Virus record (IMG/VR): IMGVR_UViG_3300031857_013780
Location: 1-64,000 of that record
Source: an uncultured virus (IMG/VR IMGVR_UViG_3300031857_013780)
Lineage: Duplodnaviria > Heunggongvirae > Uroviricota > Caudoviricetes
DNA: 64,000 bases
Reading direction: 5' to 3' (one strand)
Part shown: one piece after another, positions 10,801 through 19,489 of the stretch
Layout: every line of letters starts with the position of its first letter
Position numbering within the stretch: position 1 is the first letter of the stretch
Translations under genes and position numbers: made by a program
The notes under the pieces: generated by a model
Databases searched by the model: none
What the model saw: the letters and a program-made list of their open reading frames with translations, nothing else
Told to the model about the DNA's origin: nothing

Positions 10801-11328
10801 CCCAACATCTGTTAATGCTATTTTAACATCAGGTACATAACCTCCAGGTCCCGCATTTGGTTTAACGGTAATGCTTATGGATTTAATACCTAACGCTTGC
10901 GTGTCTTCATAATTTCTAACATTTCTGAAAGCCCTAATTGTACCATCTTTTGTTTCAAATCTTTCCCCTGTTTGATTTGCACCTAGACCTTGTCTTGACC
11001 CTTTTCCTGTGAATTGATCTGACCAACTTGTGTCAAAAACTTTTTTCCCTTTTGGTTGTAGAAAATTTAATTTTTCAAACGAATCCGATTGTCCTTGTAT
11101 TGTAGCAACTAAAGTATTTACAACAGGGCTATCAAAACTTTCCCCAACCGCCAATTTTGTTCTTGGTATTACTCTAGCCTCTAAATTTGCATAAAAAACT
11201 AAGTCTTCGTGTCTAACTAACCTATCTTGAACTTGATTTCCTATTAATACTTTATTAGGGTCGATTAGTATTATATTATCATAATCGGTTTCTATATAAA
11301 TTTTTTCTTGCTGAAACTTATCTGCCAT
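4855..11328 (-). CDS. Very large baseplate hub-like structural protein (~2,157 aa)
   Basis: Lies in the tail module. The C-proximal segment MGNAMIQPLMYFNL..GPYQILEVTHTI..FETKF resembles gp27/gpD/VgrG hub folds. Start moved to ATG 11328 (MADKF), which overlaps the upstream stop. Confidence 0.6.
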   Translation of the reverse strand: MADKFQQEKIYIETDYDNIILIDPNKVLIGNQVQDRLVRHEDLVFYANLEARVIPRTKLAVGESFDSPVVNTLVATIQGQSDSFEKLNFLQPKGKKVFDTSWSDQFTGKGSRQGLGANQTGERFETKDGTIRAFRNVRNYEDTQALGIKSISITVKPNAGPGGYVPDVKIALTDVGGKTLFEQGENSIYSTFFNLPYPQFYLTVKGFYGKAIRYTLFMTDFTAKFNDDTASFDIDIKLTSNLVSLLQDTSLTYAKTAPKMFPIIVAKGGTSNNAPGGSNTSIKNLDVDYLGRQILNQVYQEYENKKLISPGFPRLTIDQFIKNTDDFVTSIKQSIEKKDFIALNDIKSFREELNEIKDRNYTVLLSRYLDTTNYISYDDGKGPQIYYDFKQTIPLEKRNEIETAIKNEIKNSVEILQKNKTFGIGGFYTIGGKSFPSEIPVSFSEDELFVKITPDKLSDKDFINTYTIRYGRTPDQAELTDFKVQLFLVLQNAETRLDPTTNQPISTEPTYMKFGITDPNSQTLFPGGFLDRINNYQQQLTAKEQEIETKFSNELSDRVTKVDGTLGFKPTIRNIMAIIIAGCDTFYRLMDRTHRLAWDKRNDPLRIKSVIPAEKSSGIDSKNVVNYSTGKLNEQNVVYPWPTYYVQEKLQDGRESFVVRYLGDPKYASKTFAFDYATWPEVHFTENFLDATVRRASSSQQNVYQNLQNLQNFTTVNALEFPFNNKPYNSTTELSVMYELYERLYVLSNYSNILAKQFNPQSLQADTFVSHLEGQNIINAITENFTVQEKLKNTNFNYENAFNYLKTLANNGTADHWLNLERGIFNTPYLQNLTENSFGLYSKKSIDGYTLALENNDPLAPKFKQYVEETKQLDYAQDDFLSKSTINEKSLTFLDDIKVLARLKKNDYYTNILPYDRMDYIVNNSKKDILVNPTTNNPINNLIELKDYLSKGVENLNFTEKTYRDIPNYSGNVSSTQINSNINTPYFVNALQKGVELEKSGNTTTAYVALGYMYLNSYGSPLSYYYTYDKDFNYTDVIFSDNIISKLDEYEYSQILKIGSFYHRYKKYIETGEDILDGVINDFDFTKNYDPLSQNLEKIYKIKNYTGGSQDFICQYKKIDANDNTKYVDIINTGFYPKLISDVHYYFTGKDLFTGYTESEFTNAYTAGTLNIGVNKDASYFMPFGGDPNNLKRSIILNPYFSYLTFDKKYNIDAQNKIHILIPSNGGIPLNQAKFEFFKNDKLTYEILSSKELFNGSVRTLWGQPNYGYFSKTSNILENNIYLSPYQDLFEGNGLFYYFKSFRKEILDKFEELFLGFCKRNPEPKDVLILEDDVQDPSYFSSGGITSLKNRKLFDQMLSIFSVNDASSPLTKIQENNDGLSLATTQKKNNANTFREFLIENPIIFKNGNPLNFNRKLFTSLTTIPELKNLSPITFDPYVPGTLPGDGILTGPNALLTSRTLSQKNVDAWKSLQLHNYNGFGNADYISYNNTGSTITDFFIDMNIDFTKENVETCEELIKRYSLQKFYAISNGNSYNKTNFISYIDNLLQENLDTQKNLTNQVFQYMRDKIPGVSLQTNSNQGNVNGDINKLSTYIQLQTFNNRWTAGSDLLTRPLFEDFLFMNTANADIGDQLQFFLEDVTKYLKMEKNMTISDVIGHILDEDRTTLFYATPSFINFNGVLDAENYNKPTDIDIPNSLFGTFRNVNYLDSRQKFIFLYVGKTSEHPQLNDNRNVVYGDDSFDIRNPADCPISIPQTPETNFYKTNKVVAFNVDFGIRNQNMFKKFSVGMGGGKQTAVTFKVNERLAGGSSGDKVAQETQSMYSYYKSLSYNIDVTSMGNAMIQPLMYFNLRHIPLFYGPYQILEVTHTINESSFETKFNGVRIPKYALPDVDSISTFIKKNYLEKYKKEILKENNENRYQEDVETILDPSKQSNEPKTSPEEECDKLVINDYKTLPYVNNTITTISIGELVLKIKNKQPEKYVDALILLLLMSRPTNLFDNKPISAAEATTLTNDGIVSCINNNLFLLSANNLYVTNPALSKLTCVSFPEGAVPLFSFDDVDGGLETINGILGSTAPIIEAIKNSAKTTNPSLSDKDAYSTAISALLFAYDTKFLFTGTRTGQDIFDFYRQKIVSAEITPEYATYLFSLASICIDKF

Positions 11329-11635
11329 AATAAAATATATATGTGTCCACAGCGTTTTTGTAGTCTTGTAGTGCAGCAATCAAAGGAAAAGGTACAATAA
11401 TTGCCGATCCGTCAGGAATGTTTTCCTCTAAACCACCAAAAGACGGATTTGCCTGTAAAATTAACCAACCGAAATATGGTGTACCATATTTTTCAAAACT
11501 AAGCTTATCGAGTCTAGATTGATTTTTTCTATATATAAATTTTTGGTCTGATGGTCTAGGTGGTAAAGTAACAAACGGAACAACCGTCTGTCTTCCATCT
11601 ATTAAAAAACTTCTATATCTATCATAATACTCCAT
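11318..11635 (-). CDS. LysM-like baseplate protein (T4 gp53 / P2 gpX-like)
   Basis: SRLDKLSFEKYGTPYFGWLILQANP..IPDGSAIIVP pattern, located between large baseplate genes. Confidence 0.7.
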   Translation of the reverse strand: MEYYDRYRSFLIDGRQTVVPFVTLPPRPSDQKFIYRKNQSRLDKLSFEKYGTPYFGWLILQANPSFGGLEENIPDGSAIIVPFPLIAALQDYKNAVDTYIFYYGR

Positions 11636-11636
11636 A

Positions 11637-14600
11637 TTATTTCATTTGTCTTTTTAAGTTAAAATAATCCCAAGTTGATTCAACATTTGACCAAATAGCT
11701 CTTAAATTTTCATCATTTGGTGGTACAATTGGAACTTGTGATTCGTAAGTAAATTTTCTAAGCTTATCTCTATTATACGGTTTATAATTAAGTGCATTTT
11801 CTTCTCCAAAAAATCTTTTATACACCTCATCATTTGTGTATTTATCTTTGTAAGAAACCACTAATTTGTCAAAACTATTCTTTAATTTAGTGTATAATGT
11901 ATTAACTGGATTATTCGGATTGTAAACATTTGGTATATATAGATTTCCTTGAGGTCTAAATATAACTTTGAACCCTAAATTTTTAAATATGAAGTTTTTC
12001 CAATTTTCTTTTTGTACTGAACCATCAATAACTGAAATTATTTGATCAACAAAAAAATCGTAGTTACCTACTAATAAATCTCCCATAGTCATTGCAAATC
12101 TTCTATCAAAAACCGAAACATCAGGAGCATCTTCATTATCTTCAATTTTGTTAACTAAATATAAATTGAATAAATAATCGCTATTATAAACATTTTTATC
12201 ACCATTAGGGATTAATTGATAATTTTTTAGTATTTGATTAAAATCATTTAAGTCTGTTCTAATTTTTAAAAAATCGTTTTTCAACTCGTCGTAAGTGTTT
12301 GTTGCACCAACACTTGATGCTTCAACTTCTGATGTTCCTGATATATTATAAATGTTAACACCACCTCTTTTATTTTCTCTACCGTCTATTTTGTTTGAAA
12401 CAAAATTAATTTTATCGGTTATTTTAATAAATTCTAATTGATTTTTTACTATGTCATTTGCAAATTTATCTAATTGTTGCTGATAAAGATTTTTTTGTTC
12501 GTCAAGTATTTCTTTAATTTTTCTTTTAATTTTCCTTATATCTTGATTTTTAAAATCTTTTTGGAACTCTAAACCCCCTAATATTGGTATTGTTTCATCA
12601 TCAACATCTTGGTTTGTTTTTTGAAAAAGGTCGTCTATTTTTTCTTGGTAATTAACTGGTTTTCCAATAATGTTAACCTTATTAGATGTATTACCACTTA
12701 AATAGTCAAATAAACCTTCAGAATATTTTCTATCTTTTGTTAAAATAATTAATCCTCCCCACCCTTTAACTATTATTGTATTTTGTATTGCCTGATTGAA
12801 CCCATTAACCATGTCCGCAGTTTTATCAATCAATTGATTCATAACTTCTTTATAATTAATTCTACCTGAAATTAAATTTGTATTTATGTCCGCAAAACTT
12901 GATTCAATTGTTCCGATAGTATCTCCAGCATCGTTTTGTCTTGGCCTATTAGGGTCTATGTCTCCTACCTCATCTTGTATACTTTTTAAAATTTCGTCAT
13001 CTATTTCTTGTAAAAAGTTTTCAGTTTCATCCGCTCTATCATCATAAATTTCTGTATTAGCATAAAAGTTAAATGATAAACCATTTTGTAATTTAGCGAT
13101 TGGTTCTGCTATTCCATGTCCACCAATAAAGTCAAAACTTAGTGTGACATTAGCCATCATTGGCTGAACTCCAATCCCTTCAGGATTCAAATCATATTTT
13201 AAATCATCGTATTTTAATGAAATACTTCTAGGTACTATTTTAGTATGATAAAAATCTCCAATCCTTAAAACTAGAATTGGTGGGGAACCAAAAGCACTAT
13301 TAAATGCGTCGTTATATTGTAAGGTAAACCCTCCTTGTCCGTTATCAACGGCGGTTGGTATTGTGTCTCCTGGTCTTACACACTGTTGTAAAAATGTAAG
13401 TCTAGCATTTAAACCTTCAGGTGTTGTTGAATGGAATACTGGATGAAAATTTTTAAATTTACTTTTTATACCATCATAAACCATTGGTTGTTGTTCTTGA
13501 ATCATATCAAAATAGTTGCATTCAGTTAACAACTTTCTTAGTAGTCTTTTAGTTAAACCAGCCCTTAGTTTATTTGTTTTATCTTTAATTTGAGTAGTAA
13601 CTACTTGTTGTTTTTTTATTTGTTCAGAAGGTGGTGTTGTGTTTTGGTCATCTTGACCTGCTTGTTCGTTTACTCCTGTACTTTCCGCAACATTATCAGT
13701 AGTTGCTTGGTCTTTTTTATTTTCTTCATTAGGTGTATCAATGTTCAAACCTGTTATTTTAACTCTTCTACATAACATAGCCTGTACAGAATATTTACCG
13801 TCATAAAAACCATCAACATTAAAATCTTTTTGACAATCAATATCTTTATATGTCGGTTCATCTATTGTTGCTACGTCTCCTTTAGCTTCTGATTTATAAG
13901 TTAAATTACCGTTATCTAAATAAGTTTTAATTTTATCTCCACCAGATTCAAAATTTTTAATAAAATTTTCAACAGTTTTTAGTCTTCTTTCTGAAAGTGA
14001 TTGATTATCATTTCCGCTTGAATTTGCAGATGCCTCAATTTTAAAAAAAACTTTTTTACCTTGTTTCAAAGTAGATAATACTGCCGGTAAAAATTCTTTT
14101 TCTAAAGTTGTAAATTCTTTTTCACCAAAATCAAATACCCCTGATAATGAATCAACTCTAGCATCAACATATTCTGTATATGAAAAAGATTCGGTATTAT
14201 TGGGTAACGTGTCTATAAAATTATAATTACTAGATCCAGAACCCTTTCTACTATCATATTTAATTATTTTATCAGGAGCTTGTGATATTAATGGGGGGTC
14301 AACCGATGGGTCTCCTAAATATAAATCTTTAGTGTCTTTACTATAAAGATTATCATAATAGGTTTTATAACTGTCTTCTGCTTTAAAATTGTCTTTTTTA
14401 GGTTGTGATTGTTCAAAAAGTAATATTATTTCTTTAAATTCTTCTTTTTGTAAAATATCTTCTTGCCCTTGGTTTTCATTATTATTTACTTGTCCTGTTT
14501 TATCTATTTCCGTTGTTTTTGTTACTATAGGTTTTTGTATTGTTTCAAAATAGTCCCTATATTGTTCTACTGTTGATAATTCGTTTATTACTTCATAAAC

Positions 14601-17369
14601 ATCAGATAGTGTGAACTCTCTATATTTTTTTAATAGGTCATAAATGTCGTATTTTAAGCATCCAGCAATAAACGAATCAACTATTCTCGTTACTTCACTA
14701 TTATCTTTTACATTTTGTAGTTCTTTATCTAAAAGTAAATTCATAACAGATGAATGGTCAACAACCATAGACCAACTTATAGAACCTGTTCTTACCGTAT
14801 TTTTATATGTTTTTATTGGTTCAACTCTACCTAAAAAAGTGTGGTCTTGCCAACTAGCGTTGGACCCTTCATCGAAGGATAAATTATAAGGTGGAAACCA
14901 CATGATTCTACCACCATTAGGTCCTATTTCACAAGCAGGTAAGTCCTCAACTCTGAAACCATTTCTATCCGATGTTCTCCAAGCTAAGTTTTCTAATGAA
15001 AACATATATTTTTTTACCTTACCTTTATTATCCAAATTTGTCGATCCCTTACCTCTCATAGGTGCGATGTTCAAATTATATGTGTTATCTAATACAGAGT
15101 AGGTTGATTTACCTCCACTTCTTATAAGGCCATCGGCCTTTTGTAACTCATTATATGTGTAGTAAGGTCTATCTTTTGTAAATAATCTACAATATTCATA
15201 ACCCTTTACTTCGGATGGTTCACCGTTTGGTTTTTTAGAAGTCGGAGTTACATATCTGATAACTCTAGATCCTTTGGTTAATTCTATGTATCCATCATTA
15301 AAGACTTTAGAAACTTGATTAATCGCGTTACCTACGTGTTCTAATTTACGTGTAGATTTATTACCAGCATCTATTAATTTTTGTGTAATATCTAAAATAG
15401 AACCGTCAGTAAATGTAACGTTTGTGGATTTTGTTTTATCAAAGAATGGTTTAAATGCCGATGTCTCAAATAAACTATCGGTGTTAAATCTTGCTAAGAT
15501 ATTTTTTTTATTCGATGGTCCTACAAATGTTCCAGGTTCAATGTAATTATTTTTCGATATCCAAGTAAAACCCCCTTGTGGATCAACACTATCAAATAAA
15601 TTTCTTGAGTTTAAACCAAAAAGAAAATCACTTATTCTACTACCTTCAAAATCTTTTCCTACTTCACCATAACTATAAACTGGACCATCCTGTGGTCTAT
15701 TGTTTCTTCCTTTAGGTAAATCCACTTTAGGACTAACTAAATCTCTGATATAATTTTTAGTAATTCCAACATAAAAATTAGATTGTGGTGCCAATAAATT
15801 AGTGGCACTTAAACCCGCAAATCTATAAGATGGTCTATATGTGTTATAAAATAATTGATCAAATAATAAACTTTTGGTTGCATCAGATGTATATGATAAA
15901 AACTTTTCAGACGCTTGGTCAATAAATAAGGAACTAATTTGTTGTGCTAAATTACCTACGGCACCAGCAACCGCACCAATAGGATTAAGGGCCGCTTGTG
16001 ATAAAAAGTTTTTATTTGGGTAGTCGAAATATTCACCAGGTATTAACGAATATGGACTATAAAGTCCCGCAAGTCTTGCTGTAAAACTTAAAGCATTTGC
16101 AACAGAATTTGGTCCTCCTGTTATTTTATAATTTTTTTGAACTATAGGTATATTATTTGTTACAATACCTAAAGCATCAAATGGGTCAGTATTTGGTCTA
16201 ACCGATGTTGTATTTGTTGCAGGATCAACTTCACCCGTAAAAAGGTTTGTCCTACCTACTGTTTGTTGTAATAATTCAAAAGCAACTCTTGCTTTAAATT
16301 CTTTTTGTAATTGTTTAGCCGCGAACTGAGCCAAAAGTGAATCTTGACTTAATGTTCCTTCAGATCCTGTTGGGTTTTCATTTTGAATAATATTTACAGG
16401 GTTATACTCTGATGGTATAAAAGAGAAGGTAGTTTCGCTACTAACATATGGGGTGTTTATTGTTTCTTGTGCCAAATCTTCAACTGTAATTTCATCATAA
16501 GCACCGTCACCTGTGTTATATTTGTTTTTAATATACGCATAACTTTGTGATTGTTCTGTTGTTTTGTTCGGTTCAGATGAAAAATATTCATATTCTCCTT
16601 CATTAGTTTTTGTATTTTGATTTACATTTGGGTATTTTTCTTGATTTCCGTATCCATTTGGTAAATTTTCAGGACCATATTGGTTTAAAACATACGCCAA
16701 TCTTCTTGATTGTTCTTTTGTTCTTTCTCGTTCAGAGGCGGTGTATTCGTATTCACCTTTATTTGCGTCAGTTTGTTTATTAATGTTAATAATAATTGTT
16801 TCACCAAAACCATTAACTTTACCCTCCGGCCCGTATTCATTTGCAAGGTATGAAATTATTTGTGATTGTTCTGTTGTTATGTTTGGTGCAGACGCAGTAA
16901 AACTATATTCTCCAAAATTACTTTCAGTACCCTTATTAACATTTATTATAATTGGTTCTCCAAATCCGAGTGATACATTTTCAGGATTAAATTTATTTAA
17001 TACTCTAAGTAAATTTTCTTGTTGGTCTCCTTTTTGTTCTAATGAACTATTATTAGCAATTGATTGATTATATGCGTCGTATTCTCCAAAATTTGAAAAT
17101 GCGTTTAAATTAGTGTTAATTGCTACCACTTCTCCAAATCCCCCTTTTTGTGAATACTTATTTAATCCAATTAACTCAGGTTCTTTTAATTCTTGATAGA
17201 AATTAATTGGTGGGCTATCAATGATAGAATAATCAACAATTTGTATTTCACTAATAGGTAATTGTTCACTATAACTAAAATACCCTTCGACTTTATATGG
17301 TCTTAGGTTTCTTGTTATTAACTTTTTCCTAAAATTTTCTGTTGAATTAAATGATAGTGGGCTTTCCAT
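11637..17369 (-). CDS. Large baseplate/tube-initiator-like protein with N-terminal repeats and an internal OmpA-like domain (1,910 aa)
   Basis: WQDHTFLGRVEPIKTYKNTVRTGSISW and PPILVLRIGDFYHTKIV resemble tube-initiator segments; NQSLSERRLKTV..CRRVKI resembles OmpA-C; directly downstream of the tape measure gene. Confidence 0.6.
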   Translation of the reverse strand: MESPLSFNSTENFRKKLITRNLRPYKVEGYFSYSEQLPISEIQIVDYSIIDSPPINFYQELKEPELIGLNKYSQKGGFGEVVAINTNLNAFSNFGEYDAYNQSIANNSSLEQKGDQQENLLRVLNKFNPENVSLGFGEPIIINVNKGTESNFGEYSFTASAPNITTEQSQIISYLANEYGPEGKVNGFGETIIININKQTDANKGEYEYTASERERTKEQSRRLAYVLNQYGPENLPNGYGNQEKYPNVNQNTKTNEGEYEYFSSEPNKTTEQSQSYAYIKNKYNTGDGAYDEITVEDLAQETINTPYVSSETTFSFIPSEYNPVNIIQNENPTGSEGTLSQDSLLAQFAAKQLQKEFKARVAFELLQQTVGRTNLFTGEVDPATNTTSVRPNTDPFDALGIVTNNIPIVQKNYKITGGPNSVANALSFTARLAGLYSPYSLIPGEYFDYPNKNFLSQAALNPIGAVAGAVGNLAQQISSLFIDQASEKFLSYTSDATKSLLFDQLFYNTYRPSYRFAGLSATNLLAPQSNFYVGITKNYIRDLVSPKVDLPKGRNNRPQDGPVYSYGEVGKDFEGSRISDFLFGLNSRNLFDSVDPQGGFTWISKNNYIEPGTFVGPSNKKNILARFNTDSLFETSAFKPFFDKTKSTNVTFTDGSILDITQKLIDAGNKSTRKLEHVGNAINQVSKVFNDGYIELTKGSRVIRYVTPTSKKPNGEPSEVKGYEYCRLFTKDRPYYTYNELQKADGLIRSGGKSTYSVLDNTYNLNIAPMRGKGSTNLDNKGKVKKYMFSLENLAWRTSDRNGFRVEDLPACEIGPNGGRIMWFPPYNLSFDEGSNASWQDHTFLGRVEPIKTYKNTVRTGSISWSMVVDHSSVMNLLLDKELQNVKDNSEVTRIVDSFIAGCLKYDIYDLLKKYREFTLSDVYEVINELSTVEQYRDYFETIQKPIVTKTTEIDKTGQVNNNENQGQEDILQKEEFKEIILLFEQSQPKKDNFKAEDSYKTYYDNLYSKDTKDLYLGDPSVDPPLISQAPDKIIKYDSRKGSGSSNYNFIDTLPNNTESFSYTEYVDARVDSLSGVFDFGEKEFTTLEKEFLPAVLSTLKQGKKVFFKIEASANSSGNDNQSLSERRLKTVENFIKNFESGGDKIKTYLDNGNLTYKSEAKGDVATIDEPTYKDIDCQKDFNVDGFYDGKYSVQAMLCRRVKITGLNIDTPNEENKKDQATTDNVAESTGVNEQAGQDDQNTTPPSEQIKKQQVVTTQIKDKTNKLRAGLTKRLLRKLLTECNYFDMIQEQQPMVYDGIKSKFKNFHPVFHSTTPEGLNARLTFLQQCVRPGDTIPTAVDNGQGGFTLQYNDAFNSAFGSPPILVLRIGDFYHTKIVPRSISLKYDDLKYDLNPEGIGVQPMMANVTLSFDFIGGHGIAEPIAKLQNGLSFNFYANTEIYDDRADETENFLQEIDDEILKSIQDEVGDIDPNRPRQNDAGDTIGTIESSFADINTNLISGRINYKEVMNQLIDKTADMVNGFNQAIQNTIIVKGWGGLIILTKDRKYSEGLFDYLSGNTSNKVNIIGKPVNYQEKIDDLFQKTNQDVDDETIPILGGLEFQKDFKNQDIRKIKRKIKEILDEQKNLYQQQLDKFANDIVKNQLEFIKITDKINFVSNKIDGRENKRGGVNIYNISGTSEVEASSVGATNTYDELKNDFLKIRTDLNDFNQILKNYQLIPNGDKNVYNSDYLFNLYLVNKIEDNEDAPDVSVFDRRFAMTMGDLLVGNYDFFVDQIISVIDGSVQKENWKNFIFKNLGFKVIFRPQGNLYIPNVYNPNNPVNTLYTKLKNSFDKLVVSYKDKYTNDEVYKRFFGEENALNYKPYNRDKLRKFTYESQVPIVPPNDENLRAIWSNVESTWDYFNLKRQMK
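16500..17170 (-). repeat. 4-5 degenerate ~52-aa protein repeats
   Basis: Recurring N(K/E/Q)(Y/F)xPE..G(F/Y)G..INxN..N(F/K/E)GEY..EQS units in the translation; boundaries approximate. Confidence 0.75.
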
Positions 17370-17409
17370 TAATATCTATTTTATATATAAATAGATTATT
17401 TTAAATTTT

Positions 17410-19329
17410 TTAATAACCGAAGACACCTTTTTCTCCCATGATTTTTGGCATCTTAGAAAACTCTTCTCTAATTTTATCGGTTAATAATGTTGCGTTGTCT
17501 CCTTTTTCTAACATTTGTTTTAATGTGCCATCAACACCTTTAACTTCAATTACTATTGGGCTGAACTTAACTTCGGTGGTGTTATTTGTATTAACGGTAG
17601 TTTCTACTTTTGCAAAAGTCTCACCCGGTGTTTTTGTTTGCATAGGTAGTGGTTTTGATGACATATCATTTAGTGCGTATGCGGTATCAAAACTTAGTTT
17701 TGCTTTATTTAAAATCTCATTTAATCTTGGTGCTGCTAAAAAATCATCTTCTTTATCAAAAACCATTTTTGAAATGGTTCCTTTATCACCACTTATTAAG
17801 GTGTTACTTTCAAACGGAGTTTCAGTTATCATATAATCTTTAGCAGTACCCGACCAACTTGTGTTTGCCATGTCCTGTTGCATTTTATCTTCTTCTGTTG
17901 CTGAAACAGCTAAAATATCTTTAATATTTACACCACTAACAATTTTAGACATAAAATCACCCATTCCTACATTTTCTTGAATTCTAGCATAATATTCAGT
18001 AGATTCTTTCATGTTACTTTCTAAATTCTTCATGATTTTATTTTGTTCTGATGCATTCTGTGATAAAACTCCTTTATCACCAGTAAGAAGATAGTCATGT
18101 ATTGCTCTAACATCTTTTGCTTGTTTTTCGGATATACTTAAATTTGACATCGCAATTCCTCTTTCATCCAACTTAGCCTTTTCCTGATACTCCTTTATGT
18201 TATTCATTTGTGCAACCGTAGCGTTAGTTACATCTTCAATTTCACCTACTCCAGGTATGTTTAAACTAATTTTTCCATCTTTTATTTCTCCGACACTTTT
18301 TATTAATTCTAATTGGTCTTTATCAAATTTGTTAGGCGTTAAACTATTAATTTTATCTTCAATAAATGATTGTTTTACTCTTTCTTGACCTATTTGCATT
18401 GCGGTGTCTAAATTACTACCCATTAATGTTGCTTGTTTTTCTAATCTCATTAATTCTGAAGGGCTTGGTGGTATGGGATTTCCGAGTTCGTCTAATTTAA
18501 ATGCCGATTCATATACTTTTAACATTTCATCCTGTAACCCTTGAGCATCATATTGTCCCATTCTCATAACTTCAAAGAAATTCCCTAACTTTCCTATTTC
18601 CCCACCATACATTTGCATACCCTGAGATAATTTAACTGCTTGTTCAGGGTCCCATAATGTTTTAGCCAATTTAAGCGCACCGATACCATCAATACTAGTT
18701 CTTAAACTAGCGGCTTCTGATGCCATTTGAGTTAAACCTTCAGAACTTAATCTAAATGTTTGTAGACTTTGTATATTTTTAGAGACATCATCAACAACTG
18801 TTTTTACATCTAAACCTAATTTTTGAGCTTCATTAGTGATTTTTTGTATTTCTTTAAATGAATTTTCTTGAGAATTAAAAATTCTCATAAAAGTGGCCTC
18901 TGTTTTTATTAAGTCAGCAGTCGCCATACCCGTCGCTTTTGAATACTCGATTTGATCCATCAAGAGTCTCTGTGTTGGGACAACCGCCTTATTTAATGCA
19001 CTACTTGTTTCACCAGCGGCGGTTGTTATTTCTGAAATATTGACACCTAACTGATCTAATCCCTCACCTAACTGCGTTGTTCCAACATAAGCGTCAGTAA
19101 TATATTTTTGAAACGCATTACTGTTTATTACAACACCGTCTGTAATTTCTCTTTGTTTTTTTATTGTGGTGTCTTGTATTTCAACTAATCCCTTTACCGC
19201 ATTTGATAATGCGTTCTGTAAATATGTTGCTTCTTCTAGCGCGGTTTTTGCCTGTGAGGCACTAGAAAAAACACTCTTACCGGCAGCTCCGGCACCTAGA
19301 TTAGTTGGTATAGTGTCTGATAAAAACAT
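17410..19329 (-). CDS. Tape measure protein (639 aa)
   Basis: Helical Ala/Gln/Met-rich sequence, positioned after the tube and chaperone genes and before baseplate genes. Confidence 0.65.
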   Translation of the reverse strand: MFLSDTIPTNLGAGAAGKSVFSSASQAKTALEEATYLQNALSNAVKGLVEIQDTTIKKQREITDGVVINSNAFQKYITDAYVGTTQLGEGLDQLGVNISEITTAAGETSSALNKAVVPTQRLLMDQIEYSKATGMATADLIKTEATFMRIFNSQENSFKEIQKITNEAQKLGLDVKTVVDDVSKNIQSLQTFRLSSEGLTQMASEAASLRTSIDGIGALKLAKTLWDPEQAVKLSQGMQMYGGEIGKLGNFFEVMRMGQYDAQGLQDEMLKVYESAFKLDELGNPIPPSPSELMRLEKQATLMGSNLDTAMQIGQERVKQSFIEDKINSLTPNKFDKDQLELIKSVGEIKDGKISLNIPGVGEIEDVTNATVAQMNNIKEYQEKAKLDERGIAMSNLSISEKQAKDVRAIHDYLLTGDKGVLSQNASEQNKIMKNLESNMKESTEYYARIQENVGMGDFMSKIVSGVNIKDILAVSATEEDKMQQDMANTSWSGTAKDYMITETPFESNTLISGDKGTISKMVFDKEDDFLAAPRLNEILNKAKLSFDTAYALNDMSSKPLPMQTKTPGETFAKVETTVNTNNTTEVKFSPIVIEVKGVDGTLKQMLEKGDNATLLTDKIREEFSKMPKIMGEKGVFGY

Positions 19330-19353
19330 AACTTTATTTTATAAATAGAGGAA

Positions 19354-19476
19354 TTATTTTTTTTCGTATTCAGTATACAACTTATCCATGAAATATCTTC
19401 TTTCAAAACTTGGCATAATTAAAATATCCGAATACGAAAAATTTCCGTATTTAGTAAGATAATAAAATTCGTCCAT
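19354..19476 (-). CDS. Small gp51-like tail/baseplate assembly protein, missing from the ORF track
   Basis: Manual translation MDEFYYLTKYGNFSYSDILIMPSFERRYFMDKLYTEYEKK (40 aa); the MPxxER motif is gp51/GT-like. The frame stays open upstream to 19533. Confidence 0.75.
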   Translation of the reverse strand: MDEFYYLTKYGNFSYSDILIMPSFERRYFMDKLYTEYEKK

Positions 19477-19489
19477 TAAATTTTTCTTA

